Of a stretch of 64,000 bases of DNA, positions 26,467 through 42,874 are shown piece after piece; within the stretch, counting starts at the first letter, position 1, and every line of letters starts with the position of its first letter. The stretch is from Octopus vulgaris (Eukaryota), in the NCBI GenBank assembly GCA_951406725.2, contig OX597832.1, forward strand, positions 14,756,001 through 14,820,000. Reading direction: 5' to 3'. The position numbers were made by a program, and so were the translations under genes. The notes beneath the pieces are model-generated. The model was given only the letters and a program-made list of their open reading frames with translations. It ran no database searches and was not told where the DNA came from.

Positions 26467-27775
26467 TGTGTGTGTGTGCGTGTGTGTGTGTGTGTGTGTA
26501 TGTGTGTATTTAAGTCTGCAGAAACCTTCCAGGGTCTAGGATTAAGTTAAATGTTTTTAGTTTTCAATCACTTTCGGAATTACAGCAATTAGTGGATTGG
26601 AGTTTAACTGCTTTTTCTAGTGAATCAGATATCCTATTCTTTGGATATCTCTTTTGTGTTTGAATGTACACTGTATAGTATGTTGACTAATTTTTTCCCT
26701 CTCGCGAGACCAATGGTAGCTAAAGTTTTTGTCGATAAATATTCTTGCTACTCTAAGATTTCACCACTACGCTTTATTTTGTTAACGTGGTATGGCTTCT
26801 ATTAATCATAGCTAAAAACAATAATGATATGTGCATTAGTTGCAATGTGAGTTGTGTATTAGGGTAACGATTTGATTGAATTTAATGTCTTCATGGTTGA
26901 GGCTAAATTACTTGAAATTTTCAAGAATGATACATTTTTTATAATATATTCATAAAGCAGAATCTGCTAGATGGAAACTCATTAAACATTTTTCTTTTAC
27001 ATTATTATACATGACTCTAAATTCAGACCTGTGGTTAACATTTCCTCTCTAAATAAGCACTGATACATTTTTTCCCCTCTAAGCAGAAAATCGATATATA
27101 TATTACCACATCTGCTCAAATACATTTGTTTACCCAATACCGTCTCATGAATACACGATATACTTCTGCATTTAAGAAAACGCTGTTTCATGTCCATCAG
27201 AGAAGATGCTCTTTGGCAGACATATGGCTACACATCATGGCAATATTTACAAATCAAAACATGGAAAAAAGATAGAGCTAAAGTCCCCAGAAATTTCCAG
27301 CTGCTTCCACATATCATTGATACAGCTCTTGAAACAAAAACAAAGAGTGAAAACGATTTGGACAATGATAGACACTTAGATAATGGACGGCTTTTAGACT
27401 CGGGCTGACGTGTGGCCTATATCGTTTCCATTAACAGATTGAGCCTCACACTACAAACCCCATATTTCAAAGTACAGGTACTTGATTCGTGTTTTCCAAA
27501 AGAAAAACACACACGAACGCACACATATTCTTGTAAGTCTTTATTCTTTTCTTTTTTACAGTCATTTACTTGTGGCCATGCTGGAGCACCAGCTTCATGG
27601 GGATTTTAGTTGAATAAATCGAACCCAGGACTGTTTCTAAGCATAGTAGTTATTATATTGGTGTCTATTACCGAACTGCTAAATCACATGGACCTTAAAA
27701 CACAAACACCGTTTGTCAAGCAGTGATGCGGGGACATTCACAGACATACAGATGCATGTACATGCATATATATAC

Positions 27776-27811
<36 letters not shown>

Positions 27812-30286
27812 GGAGAGAGAGAGAGAAAGAGAGGGAGAGATGAGTGTATTTTTACCTTGTTAACAATTAACACGGAAAAATTAAATAAAAAGTTACCAGT
27901 GGAATTTTCGAAACATGTGTCGAAAGTAAAAAATATTTGATTTACACCCGCGTTAAACTCCATTTATTTATTCATATATATATATATATATACTCCCTCC
28001 CTTCCTTTATCTATTTGTTCTCTTTCTCTCGCGCTCTCACTCTCACTCATAACATTTCCCATTCTTTCTCCCTACTGAGAAATGTGTGTGCAAAGTCACA
28101 AACGTCTACCACATTCCAAAAGACAGTTATTTCTCTTTGTTTATTTGCAAACACTGACACTATATTTTCCCCTTGAAATCTCATTACTTGTTGACTTATG
28201 TCACCTTTTGTTTGGCAACTTTGTACGAACGATCTCATAAAATATGAAGTCATTTGTTTATATTAGGTCTGATCGCATCGGATTGCGTCGTTGTAAAAAC
28301 GAAAAGCGGAAAGAAAGATTGGGCACAATTTAGAAGAGCGCGGGTAATCTATTTACTTAGGAATGAAATTGAAAACTAACCTCAGTGTTACTTGAACTGA
28401 GTGCTTATATTGGCAGAAACAAAATAGCAAAAGGAATATGTTTGACGCTTTATCAATCTGCCAGTTCGCAAATTTTATAATTTCTATATGACATATAATG
28501 ATAACATTCTTGACATGACATGAATAAAATATGAAAACTGCAGAATCGTTAAAGATTGTTAATATTGCCTTGCACTGTTGTATCATTCACTTCTGGAAAC
28601 TAATGTTTGACAAGTATTGAAATATATTTGTATTAACCATGTAGAAAATGTTTAATTGCATATATATTCTATGTTTTCTATCTAAACCCATTAGCCTATG
28701 AAATCGACACCGCCCACCTGCGCTTAATCGGAAACATTGGTTTAAATCTCGACTTCGAATTGTTTGTTCATTGATGCAGTTCTCGCTGAAGTACAAATGC
28801 CAAATGCATGTTGCAGATCGGACTTTCCTAACCTGTCAACTATACGCTAAAAACTTAATTGCTTTTCACATGAAACAATGCTTATCCATTAGCAAATGCT
28901 AGAATTCCATTCCCTTTTATCCCACTATACCCGAAATCAATCTTGATGTAAACTTGACAAATAATTAAAGACATGTTGTGACTGCAGGTAAAGTGACAAA
29001 GCGACAAAAGCGCATGACTAATGTAGGTTGAAAATTATTGTTTCGCATTGTAGTACATAAAACATGCAAATACATACAACCATACATACACATACATACA
29101 CATACATTTTTTTTGTTTCTGTGTGTGTGTGATTGTGTGTATGCATGCATGTATGTGTGTATGTTCGTGTGTGTTTTTGCAATTTAATTCACGAAGCATT
29201 GGCAAATCGCAGAATAGAGTATTTAACGCAAAAGTTACATTTAATATATATAAAAACAAGTCTATTTCAATATTCGAAATTGTGACATTGGGATACGACA
29301 ATTATAAATACATCGGAAAAATACTGAATTAACATACCAGTTCAAATTAAGGAACAGACCAGTACTGTATCGATATAACTTAAGTGTCCCTACTACCAAA
29401 CATATGCAGATACGCTTAGATTGTATTCATGCTAGATCATTCGAAGAGCAATGAATGATGTTCGTAAGAAGCGTTTCTTTAAATATATCGAATATAACGT
29501 GTTATTCACTCTGGTAGCGTGACGTTGTCATATATAACACGAATGTCTCCAGGCTTCTCTTCCTGTAGCTTCTAGACATTTCCTGTGTTCGGCGCAGTTA
29601 AAATCGGTACATGAAGTGAAAATATAATGCTCTAATATTTGCATAGAATTTCTAATTATATGGAATCAGCTCTTCGTCAACCAAAACATTTCTTATCTGC
29701 TTCTATTTTAACATATTCTATTTTTGCCTGCTTCATCATCGGTATAGCACTGCTGCATCTTTTATCTTTGCATTAACATACGCACACGCAGACATGCACA
29801 CACCTACTCAAGTACACCCACACACATACACACATACACACACACACACATGTTCTTATATGCATTCATACATACATATGCACAGACACATCAAACACTT
29901 GCACACACATACACACATAAATATACATAAATATTAATATATAAATATCTATCTATATATATATATTAATATAGTATATATGTATGTATCTATATTTGTA
30001 CATATATATTAATCTTAACATATATGTGTGCATGCATGTATGCAAATAAGGAGGGATAGCTGTATATACGTTTAGTACAACGAAAATAGCTCCACGTTAG
30101 TAAAGGGAAACACCTATTAATGATCTCTGGATATACAGGGCTACTGAATATTCTTCTAGCTTTTATGTTGTAAAGCAGCATAAATTTAGTGCAGTAATAT
30201 CATTTCCATGCAAGATTTGTAGACGATGCTCTGCGTGTGTTTCTGAATAAACGTTTCATTTTGTTCCTCGTCGGTAACTATTCAGA

Positions 30287-30478
30287 CGCCATGATAGATC
30301 GTTAGCTACTACATACATTTATTTTCTCTCCTTGTTTTTATCTGTGTATCTTTCTGTAGCAGAGCGTAGGCTCGAAACGTAAAATACTTTTTCTATTCAT
30401 GAGCGCTATACTAATACATCTGTTTTATTTGTACAGCACCTGCATTCGTCTTTTGTTTATTTTCGTAAACGTTCCCTA
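30287..30478 (+). mobile_element. HHR family H1 element, older diverged copy
   Basis: tctgtgtatctttctgtagcagagcgtaggctcgaaacgtaaaatac...ttcgtcttttgtttattttcgtaaac aligns to 51820-52042. Confidence 0.8.
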
Positions 30479-31633
30479 TATTCAGAAATATAGTTACATT
30501 AGTTCAACAATTATTAATTACATTTAGCAAAATGTCACTCCGAATTACATATTCTAGCGTTTAAAATCGAATGTCTGCTAGAATACCATGAATGTATTGT
30601 AGTTTAAAAGATATATACATCCAAATCGTAGGTGTGTTAGAACCTCACGGATTCAGGAATTCTTTAGTTTTAATTGCGATATCATTATATCAAGCATATC
30701 AACAATATTTAATAGGCTTTGTTTGGAGTCATATATAAAAACTGGTCTGACATGCTAACTATAAACTGATTCAAAGGTTTCATCAAATACTCTGTCATTT
30801 ATTATGTTATCTAATGCAAACATGTCTATTTGCAGTATCAGATTACTAAGTGCATATTCCGTGGAATGATAGTTCTACCAGCGCAAGCCATACCGTCAGA
30901 GCGCCTTTCGTTATAAGTTATTTGTATTTCTCTTTTAACTAGTGTTTCGCATTTCTATTCCATAATGTTTAACACTATGTTGTGTATATTCTATGCTTCA
31001 AGAAGCTCACTAGTTATTCAGAAAATTTCCAGAGATTTTTGGTTCTTTTGGTTTTGTATGATGAGTTGAGAATACTCATAGAATATGGGTTTACTTTGCT
31101 CATTTCAGGTTTTTTTCTCTATACATTTGTTTCAAAGACTCCCCCTATTCCTCCTAGGAAACCATAGTGTTTCTTTAATTGCCGTTTTTCTAAGTACTTG
31201 CCTTCTGCCAATAAGCATGTATTTAATTTTGTAGCTAATGTCATATAATGAAATATAATTTGTTTACGGTGATGTAATTTAATTTGAATGCAAACAGGAA
31301 TCCATATACTTCAAAATATAGAGTATAAAATGTTTCCTTTAGTTTAGATTGCAACAAACTCAGTTAAACTTCCTTAAAAATTCCGAAACGAAGGTTATCC
31401 GAGTCATTTATAAGTATTCATCGTGTAAGGAAACAAAGTGTATAACGGTAAATAGATTTCCCTCCGTTATTAAAATGGAAGTAAGACATCTCTTGTTTAT
31501 ATGCAATGCATTCAACATGTGAACATCCTAAAATTTCGATTACGGCGTATATTCATAATTTGAATATGGGAAATTTGTTCAAAACATGGATTTAATATTA
31601 TGCATTTCTAGAATTCTTTAAAATCTTTCCTCT

Positions 31634-31681
<48 letters not shown>

Positions 31682-31716
31682 TTATATATGCATACATACA
31701 AATATATATAAATATA

Positions 31717-31764
<48 letters not shown>

Positions 31765-32059
31765 TATATATGTAAGCATACTTATATGTATGTATATATT
31801 GTACATCTATGCATGTGTACGCGAGACTCTGCGGCTGCGTCTATGCATATATGCATATACGAAAGATTAAAATCAAAAGTTACAAATATTGAAGATTCTG
31901 TAAAACATAAGAAGAAGCAAAACATGGAAAGATGAAGAGGAAAAGAGTATAGCAGTAGATAATCAGATGTATAGATAATTGGTGGTAAGTGGAGAAATAA
32001 AATTCACCTTTGCGGAAGGAGGAAAAGATCAACAAAATATATGCATGTATCTATATATA

Positions 32060-32124
<65 letters not shown>

Positions 32125-32171
32125 TTTTTCACTCTCTTTCTATATATATTATGTGTGGGTATATATATATA

Positions 32172-32209
<38 letters not shown>

Positions 32210-33085
32210 GTGTATGTGTTCGTGTGTATAGGTGTGTGCATGTGTGTGAGTCAGTATGTGTGTTTGTGCGTATGGTTGTGTTTAGTTATGTGTCTGAGTG
32301 TGCGTGTGCTTAAGAGACGAATTTAGCCTTGGGGAAACGTGTAGTGACAATCGTCATGGTGGTATGTGGATGAAACATTATGAAAGTAATTTCTAAAGTT
32401 TACTTCTGTTGAACTTTTGATGTAACTTTGCAAAAATTGCTCGGAGATAAAAATTACATTTAAATAAGAAGAAGCAGCGGAAGAAAAAAAAAACATAATC
32501 TTGAGTTAAAATTTGAAACTAACAAAAAAGAAATATTAACTCTGCAAAATATTTTCTACAACTCTTCAAGTAAACTATTTATAGTACTGAGAATATTTTT
32601 TTTCTGAGCTAACACATGACTCTCAAAAACAGACCGTATTAAGTCATGTCTCCGTTTCTTAGATTGTAAGGCAGCAGAAATCTCATAATTTAACTGTTGC
32701 ATTCTTATCATGTATCGAGCAATGCGCAATAGAATATGTGTCGACTTATTGCATAATACTACATTTCCATATGTTTATATGTTATAGTGTATTTTATATA
32801 TTTCGCGAATCAAATATATTCATGTGTGTAGGTATTCATGTATATAAGTGTATATGTTTATGTATATATACACATATGCGCTGCAGCACGGAATTTTGTC
32901 AGTAAACAGGTCGCGGTCTCAAAGCGATGAAAATATTTGCCAAATAATATTTAAATGTTGAAGTGAATCTAACGGTTTTTGTGCTTCTTAAATGTCATAT
33001 AAACACCTGACACACTTGACTGCAATTGTTTGCGTTCAAGCACACGATCTCAGATCAGTTTACTTGCTATGCAAGTACATCTCCG

Positions 33086-33142
<57 letters not shown>

Positions 33143-33345
33143 ATTTGGACGACCACTATGATCGAGTGGGTTCGCCAAAAACTCTTGCGAATCCCCAAGA
33201 AGTCTGTAAGATGTTATCTGGAAACCCAAATTCTTCTAACAACAGTTTGGCGCGTCCTAAGGAAACGCTTACTAATGAAACCCAAGAAGCTGCAGCTCGT
33301 TCCGGTCATAACGGCAGTTGACAATGGAAAGCGCAAACGTGTGGC
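33143..33345 (+). mobile_element. Tc1/mariner-superfamily transposase fragment (HTH region)
   Basis: IEWVRQKLLRIPKKSVR...TQILLTTVWRVLRKRLLMKPKKLQLV matches the V..VR..F.RSP.KS.R......TVWR.LRK.L..KPYKLQLV pattern. Confidence 0.75.
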
Positions 33346-33775
33346 TATGTGAGGTGTCTGGTCTATGCCCCCAGTCTGCCTGCATACCTAGAGGAACTCG
33401 AGTAGACAATCACTACTACACTGGAGTATTTTCCTCTCCCGTCAGTGTTCGAGTATAGACAGCACAATTTACTCTTTCCGTTGTCACAGGTTTTTTTCAC
33501 GGTTTTGCAATTGCACTCGCTGTAGATATGTAGCAGTTACACGTGCATTTTTTTAAATTTGCATGCATTTTTGTTTGGCTAAAATTTATCCTGTCACCTA
33601 GATTCTCGTGCCGTTATTGTGTAATTGATGATTTTTAAGCGTGTAGTATATATTTCACAAACTGCGTGTCTTAATTGCGTCAAGCACTGCTATACCATTC
33701 TAAAATCAATTCAAAATTATTTGTTGTGTGGTAGGTAATCACTAGGAAGTTTCATTTTATCACTGTCGTTCCTAA

Positions 33776-33998
33776 TGGGGCGAGGTCGCTGAATCGTGAG
33801 ATCACTGGACAAAATGCACATTGGCATTTCGTCCATGTTTGTTTACCTCCTGAATTCAAATTATCCAGAGGTCGATATTAACGTTCAGCATTTCGAAGTT
33901 GATGCGATAACCAGCATTCAATAATTGGGTTGAATGCAATCACCCCACCTTCTATTTAAAAAAATCTATTGACCCTCTGCCAATATTTGGGATCAATA
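33776..33998 (+). mobile_element. SINE family C, strongly degenerate
   Basis: ggcgaggtcgctgaatcgtgag...caaaatgc...atttcgtc...gaattcaaatt...gaggtcga. Confidence 0.55.
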
Positions 33999-34687
33999 AC
34001 TATAATACTTTCAAATTCACATTTTTGTGAAGTCGCGGCCGACTTCACATTTTAACAATTCGCATTTACTGAAATAACTTATATTTCATCACTGGGTTGG
34101 TGTAATTAGCAGGCAAATTCCTCCACCGTCCATAATTACGGATCTCATATATTTATTCAGAACTGCATTAATTTGGAATGTAAATTCGTTTAATTGTTGG
34201 AGCGTAAAACGATGTTTTGCTTTATTTTTTGCAGATCCTTGTATACTGAATTCCAGTATAGCCATGTAAATTTACCATTTCAACTAGTCGATAAATAGGA
34301 ATACAACCTCGTTCTGTGCTTCACAATATCGTCTGTCTACGTAGTCGAAAATCTGTATTCATACATTTCTAGTAACTATTCCTAAGATATCATTATATAT
34401 TTTATGAGCAGGAAAATTATTACCAATTAACAACTTTATTAAATGCAATGTTAACGAATCGAAATAAATATACACTTATTTTGACAAAAGATTTTATCAC
34501 ATATATTTAGACGTACATATAATTGCTTACTTCTTCGCTCGCAAATATCAGAAAATAAAAAGAGACGAGATATGGTTTATAACCAAGCACAGATTCCTGG
34601 CGCATCCAGAGGCTTACTAGAAACTACAGTATGATGGATAATGAAATGTAAATATATACCTATCCATTCCTATACATATAAATATAA

Positions 34688-34725
<38 letters not shown>

Positions 34726-35097
34726 AATAGATTGTATAATGAGCTTCGTATATTAAATTGAATATAATTATATCCTTTTTTTTTTTTACTTTTTGTATTT
34801 GCTCACTCCAGATTTTGGGAGACAGAGTTATGCTGAACTTGTGCTGGGGAATATCGATTAATTATTATATATTACTGCAAGGCTATGCAAGTCAACAGCA
34901 TACCCTGTGAGAATATATTCGGAAACTAATATATACTGCACGTACCATAGCCGCAATAATAACATACCCAATATGATACGCTTGGTATTAAAATTCAAGA
35001 ATTATAAAGTAGCATAGTTTATTATCTCACAATTTACAAATATTGCTTCTTGGAAATCTATTTGAATTCATTTTATATCAACATAACTATTTCTATA

Positions 35098-35643
<546 letters not shown>

Positions 35644-37000
35644 AACGGAGTTTCTAGTAACTTGTATTGCTATTTTTCTATAGAACATTTCAGATTTAAT
35701 CGAATAGGCATAGTCTTTGGCCCATCGCTATCTTTTTGGTTTTGTGTCTGTATTATTTTTTTCCTTCACTTTGCACTATTCATAGTGGTATTTTTTCCTG
35801 CTTTTCTCCATTTATTTCAGATTGTATTATGTGATATTTTAGAGATATTTTTGCTAAATCATAATTTTCAATCTTATGCCTATTTTGACCTTTATTAAGT
35901 GGCTTCATCCCTTGTGTTGAGTCTCTAGTGATTGGCTTTACAGTATATCAGCAAGATATGTCTGTATTTAGCCTACTTTACTGAGCGCAACTGCTAAGAA
36001 AACTTGTCCTCTACACACACCCATAGAAATACTCTCTTTCACACATGCACTCACATGCACTCACATGCACACATTGAGCGTTATTTATATCCATATCTCT
36101 ACTGTGTGAGTAGATGTGAGTGGGTGGGTGGGGAAGGGAAGGCTACATACACGACAACACTCTGCTATAAAACAATTTCTCGTTCGAACTCATTGAGATG
36201 CATTTCGTGAAATTATTTGTTCGTAGAAATTTAAATATAACACACATATTAATAAGTTTAAACATGCCCTTAGAAACAGGGGTTATATATTTGGAAAATA
36301 CACTTACTTCAGCATCCAGTTAATAAACATTCATCATATACATATATACATATATAATGTAGCAGCACCTTCCAGCGCGATATCGCGGGATTTAATCTGA
36401 GCATTTTCGAAGCTTATCATACAACGCTTATCATACAACATCTTTCATAGTAAGACATAAAAGAACTACTTTTTTGCATACATGCAGGTTAGATGTCTAG
36501 AATGACCTTAAGTTTAAAAATATATAAACGAAGCTTTCTTTATTATGCTTTAAAATTAACTATTAGAATTTCCCATACGTAGTTCCTAGCCTTATATAAA
36601 ACCATTATACAAACAAGTTTTCAAATATGTTATTCTTTAATAATTGCACATTGAATCCACTCAATTTTATAGGTGTCTGCATTTGCTCTTTTGTTAAATG
36701 TGGAACAGCCCATTTTCAAAGTGCACAATAGCGAGTTTTTGACGATGTATGTGGAGACAGTGTATGTTGAGAATTCATCAATGTATTATTCCTTGTGTTC
36801 AGAGCATATTTGTAATTGAATCATTGAAATTATCGAGTTATGGTATATAGCTTGTCAGAAAGTTACAAACTGTTGTAGTCGTATTTATCGAAAATTTTCA
36901 GACATCCTTGTGTCTTCCGAATCGACAAGATAAAACCTGGAACAAAGGAAGAATAAAGGGGGACGGAAACCTCTGTCATCTTCCATTTATGGCCATGTAC

Positions 37001-37045
<45 letters not shown>

Positions 37046-37914
37046 ATGGAGGACGTGGCTAAAACCAATGTAAAGACAAGAAAGTATTCAGTCGTCACTA
37101 ACAGTGTCTCGGGTGGTGCTTTGTAGCACCTATATTCCTAGATATAAGAATCAAAGTCCCTAGTACCAACAAACATTTCGCTCATCTTTCTACTGATAGG
37201 AGAGTTACTCACCTTATACCGAAGACGGGTACTGTGTTGAGAAGCCATTTTCTTTTGAGATTAAAGCTCATTAAATGCATATATGTATACATATATACAT
37301 ACATGCATATACACATAGTTTGTTTATGACTACACACTAAAATACTGCAATAAAAAAATGAGACCTACGAAATATCCATGGTGATCGTCGGGCATTGAGA
37401 AGATAATTCGATCTTGTTCAACTGAATGAGTTAGATGATTTATAAAAACGATGCAGATTGCTGACAGTAGTCATTACTAATATTGAATATACAAATACAC
37501 TTCCAGATAATGTATTTTATATGTAGTTCCCAATTATCTTGACGGATTTATATGGGAGCATTTACGAAAGAAGCGCTAGTGAGGAGAGCACATTGAAACA
37601 TACATGCATGCATGCATGCATACATACATAGATATTCCTACCTAATTAAATAAGTCATAAATTTATTCTGAACGAATAGTTTTTTTACCCCTAAATATTT
37701 ATAATTGAACATAAATTCCTTATTTATTAGTTTCTTTTGCATATTCTTAGTTTATGCATCTGTATGCAAATATGGTATTGGTATATCCCATTTATGTTCA
37801 TTAGAAATTAGATAAATGAAGAATTTTGACATGCACAAATATCTATTTCCCCCCACTGTATATACATATGCGATATCATGTATTTGATAAGAGTGCGTAA
37901 AAAGCACGAAACTG

Positions 37915-37965
37915 CTAGTTTTGCCCATTCCACCCTTACTCCAGATATCTCACCGTGTGATGCCT
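37915..37965 (+). mobile_element. Possible mariner transposase remnant (HPPYSPDLAP.D-like motif)
   Basis: ttgcccattccacccttactccagatatctcaccgtgtgat reads ~LP..P..PDISPCD with frameshifts. Confidence 0.4.
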
Positions 37966-40224
37966 TACTCGGCAAGGAATGAATAACTAGGAGTCATTAG
38001 AGAAAGTCATTAAAGAGATATCCCGAACTCGTCCGCGGATCCTTACAATGCTCGGTGAATTTTCGCTTTTGTCTGGGAAGTTAAAAATACCCTCTCTGAA
38101 ACGAATTTGAATATTGACTTCCGTACGCTTAAATTGTTTGTTTTTCTGTAATGTGTAATATTTCATGATATTCACTTCTCTCTACTATGTTTTCTTTTTT
38201 ATATATGTTGATTGCTGTCGTACAAACTGCAAAATGCTTGAAATTTTCAGTCACTTAATTTATTCACAGAGAAATCCAACACTACATGTCTCGCTTCGGA
38301 ATATAGTAATTGTTCTAAACAAAAATAGTTATGAGTTAACTTAAAGACTTGCCTATTTTAAAATTACTGTAGTTTAATTGAAATTATACAACTGTACGAT
38401 TCTGTTCTATGGAAGGATATAACATTTAAAGAATTTCCTATAATACTTACATATTGTAACTGGTATTTTATTGAATATCATATATGTATTACATACATGA
38501 TAATGATGAAATATTGAACACAAAATTAAATTAAAAGATTTCCATAATGAATAAGACCCTGCGTAAAACAGAACATTTCGGTGAGTATATCGTGCATGCA
38601 AAATAATTACACACATAGAAACTTTAACTGTCACAAGCACACATTTATCGATATATCATACGTAAATATATAAGCCATGTAAATATTAAAACCGTCAATT
38701 CTAAGACCTTACAAACAGAAGTCTAATCAGTCATTGGCTACGTAGCTTTTGTTGAAACACATTTAGAATACAATAAAGTTTAATAAAAGTATAGACATAT
38801 ATTATTTATTGCCATTCTGTCAAAAGCTCGAATAGATGTCAGGCTGTTAGCCACATCATTCAGACAATTTAACAAAATTCATAATAATTCGTTTAATGTT
38901 TCCTACATATCGAACATTCCAGATGACCTCGTTGAGGACAGTTAAATATTGATTTATTTTGTTGGCGCAACACTGAAATATTGTAGAAGAGAATTAGTGT
39001 CGATAATATCGAATATTTATCTTATCGACCATAGTGGCAAAAATGACAAACTCATTGCTCTCAGAACATAAACGTAAATGAATGTAACTAAACACTCAAT
39101 ATTATTCAATTCGATATTCTACTCCTACTGTTAATCATTATCATGTACGTAGAAATTGAGAACCTGGTGTTCAAATTTTAAAGAAAATTATTAAATATAA
39201 TGACATCATGAAAAGTAATATTTTATATTTTATTTATAGATGATTGAGTTGTGCCTGGTTCATGCTAAATGGAAATAATGTTGAATGCCTTTGTTGACAC
39301 ATGTACATCACATAATAACACGATATTTGACAATGGTTTATATGATTCTTCCTCACCATACCTCATTTTAATTAGATCTATAATGCCCACTGGATTAAGT
39401 ACGGATTAGATACTGTGTTATTTACATGCATCCGCGTATCCGTTGCTAAATACTCTTGATACTTCAGCTGCAGGTACAAGTAATACAGAAGTACTACGGA
39501 CTTTCAATGTAGTATAGAATGTTCAAATACTTAATCAATAAATAGCATATGCCATTCGACATCCATTTTTAAAGATCTGAACTGATTATAAAACATACGG
39601 AGGTAGTGAATCAGATATTACATATAATTGCCATCTGTGTTAAAGTAAATGTTTAAATACCTTAAGTAAGCATAGTGTGGAATTCCCTTAGATAAACCTT
39701 ATTCATAGACACACTTCTGAATTTAAAATATATTGTAAGGACTAACTGCATCGCGAGAGAATTCACGAGAGACGCTCCTGGTATTTTCAGGAAACACAGC
39801 AGTGATGATCTTTACCAATCTCTCTGCAACACATGTTTTTAAGGGAAAACTGTGAAAATATTATAACTCATACCATTGAATGCCATCATGATTTGTAACC
39901 GCTCGTATATAGTAAATATTTACATATAAGGCGTGTGCACCCGTATTAACAGTGCTGCACTTATGGTTCCGAGCCTGGACGGAGTAGTGCGTTGTGTCCA
40001 TTTCATTGTGTTCAGTTGGACATCCGACATGCACCAGACCATCCTCATATACAGACTTCCAGTGTAGCACAAATATCTGATTACTATGAAAGATTCATCT
40101 ATGCAATGTCACCCTCCAGAATCCATGAAACAATACTGTTTGCCTCTATTTTGAAATATAACATTTCTAATCATATCAAGTCTAAAATGAGCTTACATCT
40201 CGTACTTTCATGCTTTCCACAAGG

Positions 40225-40274
<50 letters not shown>

Positions 40275-40549
40275 TGTAAAACAGATTTTGTGTTACGCTA
40301 ATGCCGTTTCGCTCGCGTACGCCGAATGTTAGTTATCTTTCATTTTATATTTTAATACGGCACATATTGTTTACTTTTTCTCTGGATTTTCTCAGTTGGT
40401 AACAAAACCATTCTGACCACGTTAAAAAAAATATACTATTCAAATTTGCAGTAATTGTTTCCTTTCCATTTCAAAGCTTTAAATTGCAATGCAGAAAGGA
40501 AGCACCAAAATCCCCAGAGCAAATTAGCTGTAGAATAAGCATATACTGA

Positions 40550-40752
40550 TTTTAAATTTTGCCACAGGGCGATCTTGTTGGGGTAAGGATGCTAATCTAT
40601 TACATCGATCCCAGTAGTGAACTGGCACATCTCTCATCAAAAATGAAGGTCGGATTCGATATCATTGGTATTTGAATTCAGGATGTAAAGATGGACAGAA
40701 TACTGCAAACATTTTGTCCGACGTGGTAACGACTCTTCCAGTTCGCCCCCTT
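40550..40752 (-). mobile_element. SINE family C, degenerate
   Basis: Reverse complement aagggggcgaactggaagagtcgttaccacgtcggacaaaatg...tgaattcaaatacc. Confidence 0.7.
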
Positions 40753-41240
40753 GAGGAAACGTATAATTTTCGAAGCATTTTGCTTAAAATGGTATGTAGA
40801 ATTCATTTAAGGGCCTCATTATCGATCCATTTTGAGGAAGATTACCATTATATTATACATCTGACCCCGATTTTCGATATGTAAAACCACTGAGTGTTAT
40901 TCGATTCTACGCTGTTTGTTCAAAACAACTTATGCCTGATGAATTATATCTCCTGGCATGATATTAATTCACATTGAGATGACAAAATAGAAAGCGTACG
41001 TTGAATACATATTCAGCTATTATTAAAAACATTGTGTATTGCCTTAATCCAAAAGATAAAAAGAAATATGTAGGCCATCTAAATTCATGAACACATCGTA
41101 GAACTTGCATCTTTTACTAGTTCAGGAATATATACATATATCTCGTATATGTGCACATATACGTATAGATATGCGTATATACGTTTATACGTATGTGTGT
41201 GAGTATGTCAGTATATATATGTATGCATATAATGTGCGTT

Positions 41241-41282
<42 letters not shown>

Positions 41283-42004
41283 CGAATATATGTGTGTCTG
41301 TGCGTACTTGTGCATGCATGTGCATATGTGAGTGTATGGCAATGGTGAAGGTAACACGTCAATTAAAATAGTCTATTATAGTCTTAAAAATGGTTATTGA
41401 AGGCATCAAATCTTAGGTAACTCAATTTCATTTCCTTTATTCTTTAAAAAGAATTATGTGAGATGTGTGGCTTCAGATTTCATCTACTATAAAAAGAATG
41501 ATATGATTAGGTACATTCACTACACTTGAATGATTTTAAAGGTAACAATTTATCTAGCTACATGAATTATTTTGTGTTTTGTAAACAATTAAGCTTAATA
41601 TTTTGATTTATATCTGTTTCTGCCTGGTTCCTGATGATATGCAGATATCTAAGTGAACGTCAATTAAAACTTTAAAATAATGTATTAATTTCAGATACTA
41701 TTTAATATTCACTGCCTCATAAGAAGCTTTTTACCGATAATTGACACGAGAATTTGAAGATTCGGAAATTGATTTCTAAACGTTGTTCGTATGTTCTTTT
41801 GAAATAAATTAAGTGTTATTTACATTGTCACTTAACTGAAAATTTTTACCATTCTACGTATCCTCATTTCACCACTTCCGCATCTGTTAACGGGCAAAAT
41901 ATATCAACAAAATATTTCAAACATTTTGCTGATATTTCCAAACATTTTAACGGAAATCATAGACTCTTATATTTGTCATTCGTCTGTCTGTATTTCTCTC
42001 CCCT

Positions 42005-42072
<68 letters not shown>

Positions 42073-42124
42073 TTCCTCGTTGCCAGTAACTGTGTATATA
42101 TATTTATATGTGTGTGTATGTGTG

Positions 42125-42177
<53 letters not shown>

Positions 42178-42398
42178 GAAAGAATGGAAAATGAATTTTG
42201 TTAACATCTTCGTTCGACTCCATTCTTTCATTTATTCATATACAACACACAACATTTCTACACATGAACCCGTAGTTTCTACCCTTGAAAGGTCGCTTCA
42301 ACCGTGTTTTCAGACGTGAATTTGCTACCCAGGTTTCGGTTAAACGAATTTTCCATGCTGACGATAAACATAGAATAATTCATTCACCTATTTAAATA

Positions 42399-42461
<63 letters not shown>

Positions 42462-42799
42462 GGGGGAGACAGATAGATAGATATATGATGTATATGCATG
42501 CGCATATGCAATCGTTGCGATGCTAATGACAGGGTGTTAGAACTCAATGAACATTTTTTCAGTAAAAAGTGTCTGTTAATACAGAGTGGTGATAAAAATG
42601 TGTGATGACAAGAGAAACCGCTGTCTTATGAAATTCAGCTTACGGCAGTTTGTGCTATAAGGTGTATAAAACGAAGTATCAGTAATCTCTCTCTCTCTCT
42701 CTCACATACACACACATACACAAATGTATCCACCCACATAAATAAACATATATATGTGTGTGTGAGTGTGTATGTGTGTGTATGTATATATATACACTA

Positions 42800-42874
<75 letters not shown>

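Noticed and set aside
27100-27410. Possible very old RTE fragment
   Set aside because: The motif resemblance is too weak to call without a profile search.
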